A DNA stretch of 64,000 nucleotides from Octopus vulgaris (GCA_951406725.2 OX597824.1:31124001-31188000), one strand, 5' to 3'; positions 1 through 13,823 are shown, numbered from the stretch's first letter. Made by a program: numbers and translations. The notes: generated from the sequence alone by a model not told the origin.

Positions 1-240
1 AGTACACCATTCTTTTGTCACTATATAAGTATTAGCTGATTTGATTTACCATTCTAACCATTCTACTATATATGTAATAAGTTCTAAATAACTTGCTTAA
101 TTTCTGAGAATGGTTTTCGAGTAAAATCATTTTAGAATGTGAACAAACTCGTGTTTCAATCTTAAAATATATGCTCCACGTCTCCCCAGTGTCACATAAG
201 TGACAACGTGCTATCATTGTTAGTCAACTTTTCATGATGT

Positions 241-651
241 TCTTTTATTTGTTTCAATCATTTGACTGTGGCCATGCTTGAGCACCGCCTTAAAAGGCTT
301 TAGTTAAAGAAATCAGCCCCATGTCTTATTCTTTGTAAGCCTAGTACTTATTATGCTGGTCTCTTTTGCCGAACCGCTAAGTTACATAAACGCACCAGCA
401 TCTGTTATCAAGTGATGGTGGTGGTAATGGTAGTGTGGGAAACTCAGACACACACACATACAAACACACACATACATAAAGAAGATATATATATACGACG
501 AGCTTCTTTCGGTTTCCGTCTACTAAATCCACTCACAAGGCTATGGTCGGCCGGAGACTATAGTAGAAAACATGTCCAAGGTGCCACGAAGTGGGACTGT
601 ACTCGGAATTATGTGACTGGGAAGAAGTTCCTTATTAGCCACACCTGCGCC
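241..651 (-). mobile_element. tRNA-derived SINE-like repeat with internal (CA)n/(TA)n
   Basis: Minus strand starts with a degenerate tRNA-like head (GGCGCAGGTGTGGCT...GTACAGTCCC) then GGCACCTTGGACA; a related fragment recurs at ~25955-26050. Confidence 0.6.
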
Positions 652-1559
652 TAATAGACTAACTATTGAATTTAAGTAATACCGTTTTGTTCCTTTGGCA
701 CTATTTAACCTGTATAAAACGTAAGTTTTGATCTACTTGAAAGCAGAAGATCATTTCCTTTTCAACAGATTTTCCAGAGCTTATCCGAGAATTTCAATAC
801 ATCAGAAGGATTTTCAAGTTACTTTAATTAAGAAAGACGTTTTTGCATTTCTCGTATCTTGTGATATTCTCTTACATGACAAATATCTGCATTAGATTCT
901 AGTGAGATTATGAATCAGAATATGTGTGTGTATTTTTGTATGGCAGAATCGGTGAATCACTAGACACACTTTGTTGTAACAATTAAAATTCCGTTAGCTC
1001 TTTAGTACATTCTGGTTTCAATCCCATTGAACGTTCGTTTAGACGAAATTCCTACAATAAGACATAGATAGAACTTACTTTAATGAATCGCAATTCATTT
1101 TTGTGCAAATTGTACATAGAAATATTTATTGGAATAATACCCTAGATGTGAGACAGTGAGCTTACAAAATCTATAAATGCCAATTACAGAAGTCGTGTTC
1201 CGATTTGTATTTGAAGTTGTTCCAAAACTTTGGTGAAAGTTATGAACGCAACCCTTCATTGTTATATTTAACTTGAGAATATGATGCCTTACATCTTTTT
1301 AGGAGATCATTCATAAACGTCACTATATTATGGTTAATAAATGTATGTAAGTCAATAAACATAGTCCTGAATCAAACAAAAGATAAAAAGTGAAAATGAC
1401 AAACTTTAGGAATATACTTATTATATTGGTGAGAATTTATAATTTGACCTGAAGCTTTCTCTGATGTTTTTTCGTGAACACCAGTTACAAATATTTGGGC
1501 CATGTGTAAGCTCGTCGAGAGGAAGAGCACAACTAATCCAGAGAAATTGCATTATTTTG

Positions 1560-2170
1560 TTTTCTGCGTAGCTAATTTCGAATTATTATGAAAGATATAC
1601 TGGTCAAAACACTTCAGTCTTCATATTCGGCATTTCTGCTTTATGAGTTCAATAAAGGCAATAGCGCAACTGAAAACGCGAATAATATTAATGTAGTATA
1701 TAGAATCAGACAATAAACATAAGCCAGTGTCAACGGTAGTTCTAGAATTTCTGAGCCGGAACCTACAGCCTAGAAGACGAGCCTCATCCTGGAATATCTG
1801 TTGAGCTCGATGAGGACGTCCTGCAAACCCTGGTAGAAAAGAATCCCATCATAACTATTGAGAAACTAGCAGAGAAGCTTGGATTTGGCTATTGGAAAAG
1901 TCAGCAAATTGGGTCAACGGGTTCCTCACAAACTTCTCGAATCTAATCGCGCGCAGAGAGTGCTTATGTGCTCTTCTTTTCTGTCACGTCTCACGAATGA
2001 AGCGTTTTTCCACCGAATAGTGACTGGTGACAAGAAATGGGTTCTCTATAAAAATGTCAAGCACCGATGACAGTAAGCACCCACGTAAGGTTTTGTGTTA
2101 TGTTTGGTGGAATATGACAAGTTTAGTCCACTTTGACCTTTTAAAGCCTAACCAAACGATAATGCGAATT
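1560..2170 (+). mobile_element. Decayed mariner (Mos1/SETMAR-like) transposase
   Basis: Fragments RVPHKL (WVPHEL-like), RIVTGDKKWVLYKN and KVLCYVWWN..LLKPNQTI; frameshifted. Confidence 0.85.
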
Positions 2171-2848
2171 CGTCCTTTAATTGGAGTAATTTCCAAAAAG
2201 ATTTCTAACATTGTTTCTTCATATTTTACTTTGATTTTCGTAGTGTAAATTAGCGTAGATATAAAATGTCATATAAATATATTAAGTAAAAGATTTAACT
2301 TATTAAACAAATTTCAACAAATTCATTCATATTTTACGTAAACGGAGGAGATTAGATGTTAATATGGATTATGTTTTTTTTATTCATGTAGCTATACGAT
2401 CGCATCGTCCAAAAAGGCATTAAATTCATTTAAAAAATCTGAGTTGTCAAAATGTACTGGTCAGTAACCAAAAAATAAGAAAATAGCTAAAAAGACGTTA
2501 TAATTACATAGGTATGGTGTTATTACTCCTTTTGTAATGTGTTATTGTTCTTGGAGTCATGTCTATTTAAACTAGACTAAAAGATAACACTTGGTTGCTG
2601 ATATATATAATACTAATAAGGGTAATATACTCTCAATAGATTTGTATAAAGGAGCTAATTTAAAACTCCCATATAGGAAGTAAAAAAAACTGGTGAGACA
2701 GTATTTTAAGGAAAAGACAAACCAAATAAGGAAGTAAAGGATTATGTAATACTAGAGACTAGGATATATGTTTAACCGTCGATAGGTTTAGTAATTAATT
2801 AGAAAAAAGTGCTTGATAGTAACCATATATGGTTTCTGGTTTATAAAA

Positions 2849-3181
2849 TTAATAATTAGAATAGGAGAGTATTGTAGTTCGCTTGAAGCATAGTGTATTG
2901 TTTGTAATGAATCGTCGAAGGGCAAGGAAGTACGAGGGTAGATGTATGATCCTGATGGTGTTGGGAATCATGTTGATTTTTAAGCAGCGTTTAAGAAAGT
3001 TTATTTGGCATCCGATTTTTGCACGTTTCTCAGACAGCTTGATCAATTCCCTATCGGTCGCGAACTCGGCCTGGCCCAGGCGTAGAGATAGGAGAGTATT
3101 GTAGTTTGCCTGAAGCATTGTGTATTGTTTGTAAAGAATCGTCGAAGGGAAAGGCTGCGGAAACAGGATGGTAGATGTATG
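2849..3181 (-). mobile_element. Possible Penelope-like ORF N-terminal remnant with ~90-bp direct repeat
   Basis: INFLKRCLKINMIPNTI resembles the FLxRC...IP motif of Penelope N-termini; 2861-2948 is imperfectly repeated at 3088-3181. Confidence 0.4.
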
Positions 3182-4172
3182 TATAATTAAAATGGCATGT
3201 AAGTATTATGTCCAATTTTTACAGAAAAAGTAAGTGTAATATTACGGATCTATGAAGTGGTAGATACCTAAAGACAGTTAATAAGATAAAAATAAAAATA
3301 AAAAATAAAATTTTAAATAAGAATTAAAAATAAGAAATTAAAATTATTGAAGACGCGAGAAAATTTATTTACATTATCCGCTGCTAAAAACATATATAAT
3401 ATCTATATATATAAAATATATATAATATCTATGGAATGGTGTGGAAAAGTTATATTTAATAATAACGTAAACAGAGGAGAATAATTGTGGTGGAATTAGA
3501 GTTATATGTAGTGTAGGGGAGATAACAATTAAGGGAACAAACAGTAGCCTTATATTTTCTATATCTATAAAACAGTCCTTGGACGAAAATTGTATGCACA
3601 TTTCGTTTTGACTGTTAATGGCGGCACACCCGAAGCTAGGAACGTGCTGAAAATTAACAGGGATATTAAATGCGTGGTTTGGATGAGAGCCGCGACGGTT
3701 AAAATTCGCAAATTATAAAGATGTGGTTACTTTGGCAAAAAGTGAGTTTTTATCGATAAGAATGTAGGTTTGTGTGATTGGCTTTAATGCCCAGCGGCAT
3801 GCACTGCAGGCTGTTGTGCTTAATAAACATACATTTTGTCGCGAATTTTCGGCTTCTACGAAACCATTTTTCATTGTGAAAAAACGAGTGCCTTTTGAAC
3901 CTCATTTTCTTTTTAATCTTTTTATAAAAGTGAAAGGATTTCGTCCATTTATTTCTGTTGTCCACTTACGACGGTGATTCAGTTGACTAGGAAAACTATA
4001 CGTGATGAATATCCAATACCAAACTAACTTAATCTACATATTGAAACTGCATTAAACCTTGGCAAGCTTACCTTTACCTATTCAGAGTTACTTGAAAGGT
4101 GATGTTCCCTTCCCTCTCTTCTGATTGTTGTTACCTTTTTTTAAACTTTGATACCGTTGTTTGACTTTAAGG

Positions 4173-4256
4173 ATGCTTCTTTACCTAGCCATTATGATAT
4201 TTCGACTGCTGTCCATTGTTTCAAATAGCAACTTAAACTGTCCAAAGGACAGGTGT
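4173..4256 (+). CDS. Candidate first coding exon (signal-peptide-like) of galectin-like gene A
   Basis: ATG 4173 gives MLLYLAIMIFRLLSIVSNSNLNCPKDRC, resembling gene B MELYLYCFGLLFIAYDVYSLKC. Direct joining to 5224 needs the weaker phase-0 donor GTTTGC at 4257; the better-looking AG|GTGTGT at 4253 is phase 2. Confidence 0.35.
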
Positions 4257-5223
4257 GTTTGCTAGTCTATTTACATAAATATAAAAAGAAAAAAAGTAAA
4301 TAGATTGACATCGTGTGTATATGGATGTACACGCAAAAAGCTATTTGTCATACATAACGTTATACGCATAAATAATTATGCGTGTACATCCGGTACAACC
4401 ATGTGTGCAAACGATTTTTGTACATAGAAAAATAATTCACTGATAATTAATTACGTATGCATATATACATGCATACATACATACATACATACATACATAC
4501 ATACATACATACATACATAAATACATACATGCATATATACATACATTCTGCATGTATGAATATGGTCAGACATATTGTTGCACTTGAATGTATGTCTTTG
4601 CGTCGTGTGTTTACATGTACGTTTGTGTAATGTATATGCGAGCGCCTGGATATGAATACATGTAATCCCGACAAACTAGGATTCCATATACCCACGTCGT
4701 AAGAATTCACATGTGCACTGTTATGTGTATATAATGCAAAGGTGGATGAAAATATCAGGATATTTTATTCCTCGAGGAACAAAATAATTAGAATTAAACG
4801 TTTTTCAGACATAACTGTGAGGAGGCTATATTGCTCTTCTGATACCAGACTCTGTAGAAACAATCTATTCATTAGAGGATGTCTTGTGGAGAGTAAACAG
4901 TCTTTCCATGAATAGCATATCTAGAAAATTACCTCTGAAAACATTCACAAGAAAATATATATATCACTAATGAACGATGTGCTTGCAATGATCAATTCAA
5001 TCAATTCACTTCTTAAGTAAAGTTCAGTGTCACAGTCAGTATAAGTGCTTTAGTATCATTATAGGAATACATAAATACGTTTTTCGGTTTACCACGAAGT
5101 ACATTTTTTTTTGTCGCATATTATCTGTTTACAACTATTTCGTAACATTAAATGTAGGAGAACTGTTTCAAAATAGATGCCAATCATTGTTTACATGGCT
5201 TATATCATTTCTATTATTTACAG

Positions 5224-5306
5224 GTGCATAGATTAATTATGGAATTACCAAGACGCAGCCGAATGACTGTGATAATTAGGGGCATTCCAAGATCACCTTG
5301 TCTCAG
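5224..5306 (+). CDS. Galectin-like gene A, 83-nt exon (VHRLIMELPRRSRMTVIIRGIPRSPCL-R)
   Basis: TTTACAG acceptor, AG|GTAAC donor, phase 0 to 2; galectin VxIxGxP..R strand; same length and phases as gene B exon 51132-51214. Confidence 0.85.
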
Positions 5307-6609
5307 GTAACATATTCAACTTAACATCTTTTTCCAAGTAAATGATGATATAATGGTATACGTCCCTGTATGTCTTATTTATCTGTAGGTCTACACTTTA
5401 AAAATACTTCATTTCTTGTTATCATCAGAGAATGTTAATCATTCTCCTATAATTTTACTACTTCTACCTCCAATACCATTAACTTCATACCATCATCTGA
5501 AGTTATACTGAACTATATATATTCAATGAGGACCAGTTGTATCCTTTCCAATTTTATATACAGAATAACTAACTAGGTTAAATTCGGGTTTCTTTTTGCA
5601 TATAATCCTAGGTTTCATCCTCTTTATTGTTATATTATTTGATGTATTTATTGTTTGTGTTAGCTTTACATGAAAAACTGTTTATTATCAGCCTACACGT
5701 TCATAATTATCTGGGCTTGTAATTTTGCTATTTTCATATTCAGTTGTTACGAATTTATAGACATAACTATCAGTCGCGATATGAGTTTTGGTACTCCGTA
5801 AATCAAATATTTATTTACATAGAATGTTTTCCTTTATCGGATTTGAATAAAAAGATTGTATGAATTATTATTACCATTTCTTTGTCTATGAAGAATATTG
5901 ATTTTTCCTCTAGAGGAATGTACTTAATCTTATCCATGATACCCAATACTTTTCGTTATAGTTTACTAGTTGTTTGTTAGCCGACAATTAAAAAATACTG
6001 GTAGAAATATTTCTAACTAGATTACCTATAATATATGAAGGATAATTAGGTAATCTATGGATATATTGTATCCTGGGGTTTGGCTTATCTCTTTTTTTTT
6101 TCTATTATACTTATCATTATTATCTATATAATTTCTAACATGCTACTAATATGCATATTTTCGAAAGGAATTTATGCATTTGAATCTTAATGCCCTTTAT
6201 TTCTCTCCAGAATTCGTCTGTATCATATACATCTACCATTGAGCAATATACCACAATAGCTATTTACATATATATTAGAGGTCAGTGGTGTCAAAAATTG
6301 CTTCGGGCTTCTGCCATTCTTAATTGATTTATGAAAATAAGGAAATTGACCATTAATTATTTTTTGCGTCAACTATCCCATTCTTTCTGTTGATTTTCCA
6401 TGGACCATAGTCTTGAGCTCACAGGTTGAGATTGCTTGGAGATTGGAGGCATGTTCTTAAAGCCAGTGTAACCACGTTTCTTACTGGCATCAAAATATTA
6501 ATAGCTCTTTCTAAGATTCAATGCATATTAAATCTCTCAATGAATGCAATACATTTACTGTCTATCTTAACTTTACAGAACAGCAAACTATGTATGTATG
6601 TATGCATGT

Positions 6610-8780
6610 GTTGTTGTAGAGTACGACGCTTCCTGGCGAGAGTAAACTGAGCCACTACATGTAAAAAGTTGTTGTATGAGTAAGTGAGGATGTTCGTGTC
6701 GGAGAGTAGATCCTGCTAGTTCCACAGCCCGTGTGTTGATAGTTCAAAGTTGGAGTTCAACGTTTACAGTTCGATATAGCGTGTTGGACTGTTGGTTCTT
6801 AAATGATTGTTGTTAAGTTCCGTGTGGTTACTGCCCATTGATTCGATTATTTTGTTATTACCTGTTGCAGTGTATTCGTTAATCCATAAGGATATAACAT
6901 CTGGCGACGAGGATCGTTCGAAACTCACATTGGTTATTTGACAATTTCTGCGTCATGGGAAACCTATTAACCGCAGTATTACAGTTTCAAGAGAAACAAG
7001 AAGAACAACTACAGGGGTTGCAAAAACAAATACTGCAACAACAACAGCAACAAAACAACAATAACAAAAATTAAATGAGTTACTGTCGGGGAAGTCCGAA
7101 AATCCAGTATGCTCGTTTATGCCAGATGGCGTGGCTAACGCAATTTCTGAATCCGGAGGCGGGTATTACGTTTCCAGCGTATTATTGAAGATATGAGGAA
7201 AGTTTTAACAACGAGTTCAAGTCATGGTCGATGAAGCAGAAACTAAGTTTTTTACTACGCAAAGAAGCTCCTACTGAACATGAGCGTTACTGTAACATTA
7301 TTCTGCCAAAAGTCGAGTGAGAATGGCTTTCAAGAAACCGTGGAAGTGCCTTCAAAATTATTTTGTGATAGAAGTTCATTATTCAACAAAAGTACTGTTC
7401 GCGGCAATTAAATCGGTAAATAAAGAGTTGGACAGACTGGAAAAGAGTGGAAGTAGCAGAAAGGAGTCACGGTATGTATTTTTAAAAAATGATAAGATTA
7501 GGCTGTATGACGATTTCACTACAGAATTGGACGACTGCTTAAAAACATGAAGATTGTGTTTAAGAAAATGAAAGTTTTCAGGTTCACTTTGAGTGAAGAA
7601 AAATGCGAATTCTTTCTGCTATAAATTAAGTACTTAGGGCAAATAATTGATAAAAGTGGGAGACGTCCTGACGCGTCGAGGGCAGACGCAATAAGGAATA
7701 TGCCTGTACCGACAAATATTACAACTTTACAAGCATTTCTTGGGCTGGCAAACTATTATCAAAGCTATATTCCTGTTATGCACAAGTTAAGAGCTCTATT
7801 GCACAACTTATTTTAAAAAAAAAAGGAAATAAAGAGTAATTGGTCCACTAAATGCCTGAACACTTTTGAAGAAATTTAAAAATTCTTATCTTAGACGTGT
7901 CGTTAGCACATTACGATCCTGAAATGGACATCATTGTAGCATCTGATGCTTCCGACCACGGATTAGGTGCAGTTCTACTTCATAAATACGAAGACGGAAG
8001 TACAAAACCAGTGGAACACGTTTCGCGGTCGCTAACAGCGGCAGAGAAGAGATATTGTCAAATTGAAAAGGATGCCCTTGCAAATACTTTTGCAGTTAAA
8101 CATTTCACGGGTTTCTGTGTGGCAGAAGTGTTTTTAATTACAAAGAGACCATAAAACTTTGCTGTCGATTTATGGGTAAAAAAAAGGGTTTCCGATTCAT
8201 ACTGCGAATCGTCTGCAACGTTAAGGTGTAATATTACTAAATTATAATTTCAAAATGCAATACATCCCATCGAAAAGAATCGGTCATGCGGACTGGCTTT
8301 CGAGATTATTTCGAAAAATATGGAACTACTAGAACAAACTGTTATAGCCGCACTGCAGGCAGAAAATGAAATTAAAAGTGTTATGTTGAACGTTATCCAA
8401 GAACGTCCAGTCACGGTACAGAATATAAGAATGGAAGCTGTATTACGATGAGTATATTACGAAAATAAAAGAAACTTTAAAAAATTAGCAGAATATAAAT
8501 TCAGAAGCCATTAGTTTTTCAATTGGTGACGAAAGAGTGATGGTTACAAACTAATGTATTGCAACAATTTCCCAACGAACATCCAGGAATTGAAATGATG
8601 AAAGCTGTGGTGAAGAGTTACGTCTACTGGCCGTCTTAGGACCGTGTTATCGAAAACTTGGTGAGAACATGTTGAAGTTGGGTGCTCGCAGCCAAAGCCC
8701 CGCTAGTAAAATATCAATCCTGGCCAGAGACGAAGAACCCATGGTCTAAGTTACACAGTGACTATGCAGGACCGGTAAGT
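6610..8780 (+). mobile_element. Degenerate Ty3/Gypsy LTR retrotransposon (LTR ~6610-6899, gag, RT, RNase H, integrase remnants)
   Basis: TG...CA LTR followed by PBS-like TGGCGACGAG (6902); IKYLGQIID, FLGLANYY, IVASDASDHGLGAVL, SYVYWP, LHSDYAGP; many stops and frameshifts. Confidence 0.9.
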
Positions 8781-9081
8781 AACGAACGATTCGGGTTCCT
8801 GTTGGTATATGTTTTCATTCATGTGCGCTAACTACAGCATTAGAGAATTTCAACTCTTATTTCTAGCAATGTAGGCGTTTCTTAACACCCTAGTCGTATT
8901 TAGTGACATTAAAATTTTCCTTTTTGGTGAAACATTGCAACTTACTGTTCATGTTAATTTTAAGCATATACATTAACAAATCGCTAAATCATCTACTAAA
9001 TCATCTACTAATTTGGATGAAAAAAATATATATGTATACTAATAGAGAAGCAAATCCATAAAAAGGCGAATATCGAGTGGG

Positions 9082-9130
9082 CTTAATTGATGAGGCAACG
9101 GAAATTGCCCAAACTGACGTCAGTATTAAG
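9082..9130 (+). ncRNA. Degenerate type I hammerhead ribozyme
   Basis: Stem I CTTAA/TTAAG; tTGATGA; stem II GGCAA/TTGCC; cAAA; palindromic stem III ACTGACGTCAGT then A. Two core substitutions (C3, G12). Confidence 0.75.
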
Positions 9131-9388
9131 ATTTCTCGAACGGCATTTTTCGGAAGATTCAGGCCCCTGTTATTGCATATGCTTTCATTCATTTTATCTC
9201 ATATTTCTAGCAATTTAGGTGTTTCTTAACACTCTAGTCACATTTAGTGACAATTATAATCCCCCATTTGAGAAACATTGCAACCTACTCTTTATATATA
9301 TATGTGTGTGTGTGTTCCTATATATGCATAAACACATATATATATATAATTATGTTTATAAGTATGTATGTATGTATGTGTGTGTGTC

Positions 9389-9438
<50 letters not shown>

Positions 9439-9442
9439 TACA

Positions 9443-9757
9443 TAATACGAAAAAGAGATCACATTGGAGAAACGATGGTTATGCTATGATCTTCATTGCC
9501 TTACAGCTTTTTCTACTATAAGATGCAGTGGACTTGGAGTTGAGTGGCTGAATAACATCCTGTGGCTTAATCGGCGCCTCCAATATCAAGTCCAACATAT
9601 TTAGGAAAATACCAATTACAAATGTAGGCACTGATTAAGATATAGGATATTCAGCCACTCAAATTCGAGTCCACTGTATCTTATAGTAGAAATAGATGTA
9701 AGATAATGAAGTTCATAATATAACCATCGTTTCTTCTGTGTTGTCTCTTTTTTGTAT

Positions 9758-9759
<2 letters not shown>
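9443..9759. repeat. Imperfect fold-back, arms ~9443-9582 / 9623-9759
   Basis: e.g. TTTCTACTATAAGATGCAGTGGACT vs AGTCCACTGTATCTTATAGTAGAAA; flanked by (TA)n on both sides. Confidence 0.9.
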
Positions 9760-9798
<39 letters not shown>

Positions 9799-10190
9799 CG
9801 TACTTTTATTTAATCTTATTATTTTATTATTTTATAATTATTATATGTGAACTAAGATCTAAAAGTATTAAGTGTGATTGTTTTGTAAAATAGTTTGCAA
9901 CGTAAAATATTAGAGTATAGCTAGTGAAAAGATATGCTATAGTTTATTAATGTTATTCTTAAAGCTAAATTATATCTTCACAGATAAATAGATATTTGTA
10001 TCTATTTACTCTATTTTTTACCTTAGGTTTTTAACATGATAAATGTATTATTGCCACCTGGTCCTACTGTTGAAGTTTCAAATTTAGTTCATGGAGTTTC
10101 TTCTATAAGAACAAACATGATTTAATTTCCTTAAGAAATATTGTTTAATTCTATTAGATTATTTATTTAACTCTTATTCTTATTATTGTT

Positions 10191-10290
10191 GACCTGAGGA
10201 ATGACTACTTTTAAATTGAATTGTTTTTCGACTAAATTTAAATTTAATTGTGGCTCGAATTGAAATTATTGCCATGAAACGTACGTAGTC
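10191..10290 (+). ncRNA. Type I hammerhead ribozyme motif with intact catalytic core
   Basis: GAC-CTGAGGA-ATG...(AT-rich insert)...CAT-GAAA-CGTACG-TA-GTC: CUGANGA, GAAA, palindromic stem III, GUA cleavage triplet, 3-bp stem I. Confidence 0.7.
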
Positions 10291-10906
10291 TTTTTACTTA
10301 TATATTGTTTATTGTTTTTATGATCTAGTTATTTGTTTTATAATATATTTTATTTTTTCTTAATGATTTGGTTTATGTCTATCATTGTTTGAATTACATA
10401 ATAGTGTTTTTTCTCTAATTTATAAATATTATAATTTTTTCCATCGTCTTGACTTAACAGCCCTCATCGTTTGTTTTTACTGCATTATTCTCTTTGCTCT
10501 GTCTTTTACTGTCTTGTTTTGTTCTTACTATCCTGTTCTTGCTACCAGTTTAAACCCCTCCGCAAAAAATCCCAAATTTTATTTAATTTGCTTTGCGGGA
10601 AGAACTGTTTCAACTAAGTCGCGTCTTGTCCTTTGCTTCGAACGTGGAGTAGAGGAAACAGAGACAACTGAAGAAGGGGAATATTCTTTGTGTTGTATGT
10701 CTTGTACTCTGTTTTTTCGTTGTTTGAGTTTTTGTATTTAAGTTTCAAATTGTGTTCGACGTTTTGTTTATGTCTTGTACCCATATATGCATGTATATAT
10801 ACATATAAATGTAGATATGCACATATATGTATGTATATATGCATATATTTATATATTATTTATATTATTATTATATATATATACATACATATAAACATAT
10901 ATAGGA

Positions 10907-10941
<35 letters not shown>

Positions 10942-11194
10942 CTGACACACACACATACGCACACACACACACACACATATATATATAATTAATATACACA
11001 AGATTGAAATGTTTCCCAAAAACGAGGATTATAGTTCATAATATAATCACCATTTTTCGTGTATCATCTCTTTATTTCGCAACCACTCTATTCTCGTTGC
11101 AATTTTTGTGCTGAAACATACTTATATTCAGTTCTACACCGAGTTATTACTCTCGTAGTTCCTAAGCCAAACATACATACATACATACATGCAT

Positions 11195-11294
<100 letters not shown>

Positions 11295-11519
11295 GTATAT
11301 ATACCGAAGATGACGTCCAGAAGACTGGTTCTGTTTCCGCTGTTTAGAAATTATTAAACTGAGTTCTTGCCAGTTTTTAAATACGTTTTTACTGGCAAAT
11401 ATTTCAAAAGAAAGAAGGCTGGGAATACCACCTGATGATCCGAAACGTTAGCTCCGATTACTGGAATAAGGAGTGTTGGTGTGCTCTATGTCTTTATGTA
11501 CATACATGCACAAATGTCT

Positions 11520-11554
<35 letters not shown>

Positions 11555-11599
11555 CAAATCTGTTTCAGTGTGTATATTTATGCTATATTTTCTTTACAG

Positions 11600-11798
11600 A
11601 TTAACTATGAATTTGAGGAATGGTGGCAATATACCTTTACATATGGATATCCGCTTTAACTATCTGAGAAATTGGAAACAAATTATTTTTGACAACTATC
11701 ATGGTGACTTTATTAGACAAGAAAGAATCAATATGTTTCCATTTCAATGTGATGTCCCATTTGAGATTGAGATATATACAACTCGATGGTACTTCAAG
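11600..11798 (+). CDS. Galectin-like gene A, CRD core exon
   Basis: TTTCTTTACAG acceptor, AAG|GTATG donor, phase 2 to 0; LTMNLRNGGNIPLHMDIRFNY...QERINMFPFQCDVPFEIEIYTTRWYFK carries galectin LHxxxRF and FPF motifs. Confidence 0.92.
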
Positions 11799-12439
11799 GT
11801 ATGCCAAATTATTTTCTTATTGACTATAGTAAACGAGGGTGAATGCTGTTGAACACCAACATTTTGTAAAAGGAAATTTTTAGCATATGTGATTTGATGA
11901 AATTAGTAGTGGATTTATCAAAGGTTGCATGTTTGTCAGATGTGTTATTAGTAAAGATTAACAAATTGAAGTAGATATGAACTGAATATAATCAGTTATA
12001 TTTATTCCATATTGTATTACATATTTCAAGGATAAAATTGGAAACATAAATAAATGAATTGAATTGACCGCGTTAAATTCAATGTTTAGATAATGTCAGT
12101 CATCATGACTTCTTATCATCTCAGCAGATATATTATCAGACAAATATTTTCCATTGATCAGGATTTAAAACAATGGGACGTACACATAAATACAAAACAC
12201 CTTTACCCGTCGAGGGCTTATATGCCCCAACACTGAACTATTTTCTTTTGTCAAAACACGGTGATCGCTTATAAGCTTTAAGCTTTAAGCTTACAAATTA
12301 TCGTTATTTACAGAATTGTCACTTGTTACTGCTTTTCACTTCATTGCATATATATATATATCAGGTGATGCTATTAAGTTAGACATGGCCTGGACCAATC
12401 TTTGGTCGAAACATATCTAAGTTTATCTAAGTCTAAGTT

Positions 12440-12488
<49 letters not shown>

Positions 12489-12512
12489 GTGTGTATGTAT
12501 ATATATATATAT

Positions 12513-12984
12513 ATACAAATTAAATTAGAGATAAAACCACTATTAGGCAAATCAAACAGTAAAAAACATAAACCAAAACATAAAAATATATATAATTAAT
12601 ATAACATACAAAATAGATAAAATTTTAAATTAAATCATTTAAAATTTTTAATTTATATTTATAAATTTCTATATTTATATTTTTTAAATTTCAAATTTAT
12701 AAATGGTATAAACTTTTAATTTTTAATTTTTAAAAAATAAATAAATAAATATAAATATTAAAAAATTAAAAGTTTTTAAATTTATAAATTTAAAGAAAAT
12801 ATAAAAAATTTATAAAAATTTATAAATATAAATTAAAAATTTTAAATTTAAATAATTTAATTTTAAATTTTATATTTTATATATTTTGTATATTATATTA
12901 ATTATATTTATTTTTATCTTTTGGTTTATGTTTTTCACTGTTTGATTTGCATAATAGTGATTTTATCTCTAATTTAATTTATAT
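12513..12984. repeat. AT-rich imperfect fold-back (~220-bp arms) with one-sided tail to ~13050
   Basis: AAATTAAATTAGAGATAAAACCACTATTAGGCAAATCAAACAGT vs ACTGTTTGATTTGCATAATAGTGATTTTATCTCTAATTTAATTT; lies between (TA)n tracts. Confidence 0.9.
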
Positions 12985-13047
12985 TTATACTGTAAAATTT
13001 GATTTAATCCTAAATCTAATTTTTCCCTGTAAATTTGGATTTACTTC

Positions 13048-13146
<99 letters not shown>

Positions 13147-13823
13147 CCTAGCACACATCACGCATATTACTGAACGCGAGGTGCACGGTGGTATGCACTT
13201 GTCCATGAAGGCAGGCGGTGTAACTGGGCAAGATGAAGCTTGTAATCAAACTTCATAATTATACATATATACCTACACATGGACTCTGTTATTACATTTG
13301 GGTTGCTTCCATTTGCAAGTGTAGTTCATAGAACCTTACCAAACTTAGTAGACAGTACAGATTGTATTTCGTCTGCGCGAGTAAAATCTCATTGACTTCA
13401 GCTTACGTAGATTTCTTTGGAAAGTGAAGTTCTTAGAGGAATAGGGACATATGAAGAATTGCCATTCTGCGAGTGACAAACCTAATGTAGTGACTTCAGG
13501 ATTCCTTGTACTGCTTGATCCCACTTAACGTTCAATTTTACCTAAATCTATAAATAGAAATTTTAATCCTTACAATGAATTTTTATATGAATTTTTGAAG
13601 AATGGGGCGAGGCATATCCAACTGATCACATCAGACTGGATTTTATTTTTCAGCTTCTACTACACCACTTTCCTCAAATTTGCTGGTATGGAGGTCTCGT
13701 TTGTTATGGGCTTAAATCTCAAATAAAAAGCAATATGTTTTAAATTTATGATGCTTTTCTTATTATATTGATAAAATTTTTGATTTTAAGGAAATTAATT
13801 GTAGCTTTTCTCGTACAATTTAG

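Noticed and set aside
11432-11450. CTGATGA-TCC-GAAACGTTA as a functional hammerhead
   Set aside because: Core words are present but stem II is only 3 nt and stem I pairs only 1 bp; at best a relic.
11481-11852. ORFs 11481-11852 and 46325-46690 as complete single-exon genes
   Set aside because: Both read through splice sites into intron; only the internal exons are galectin-like.
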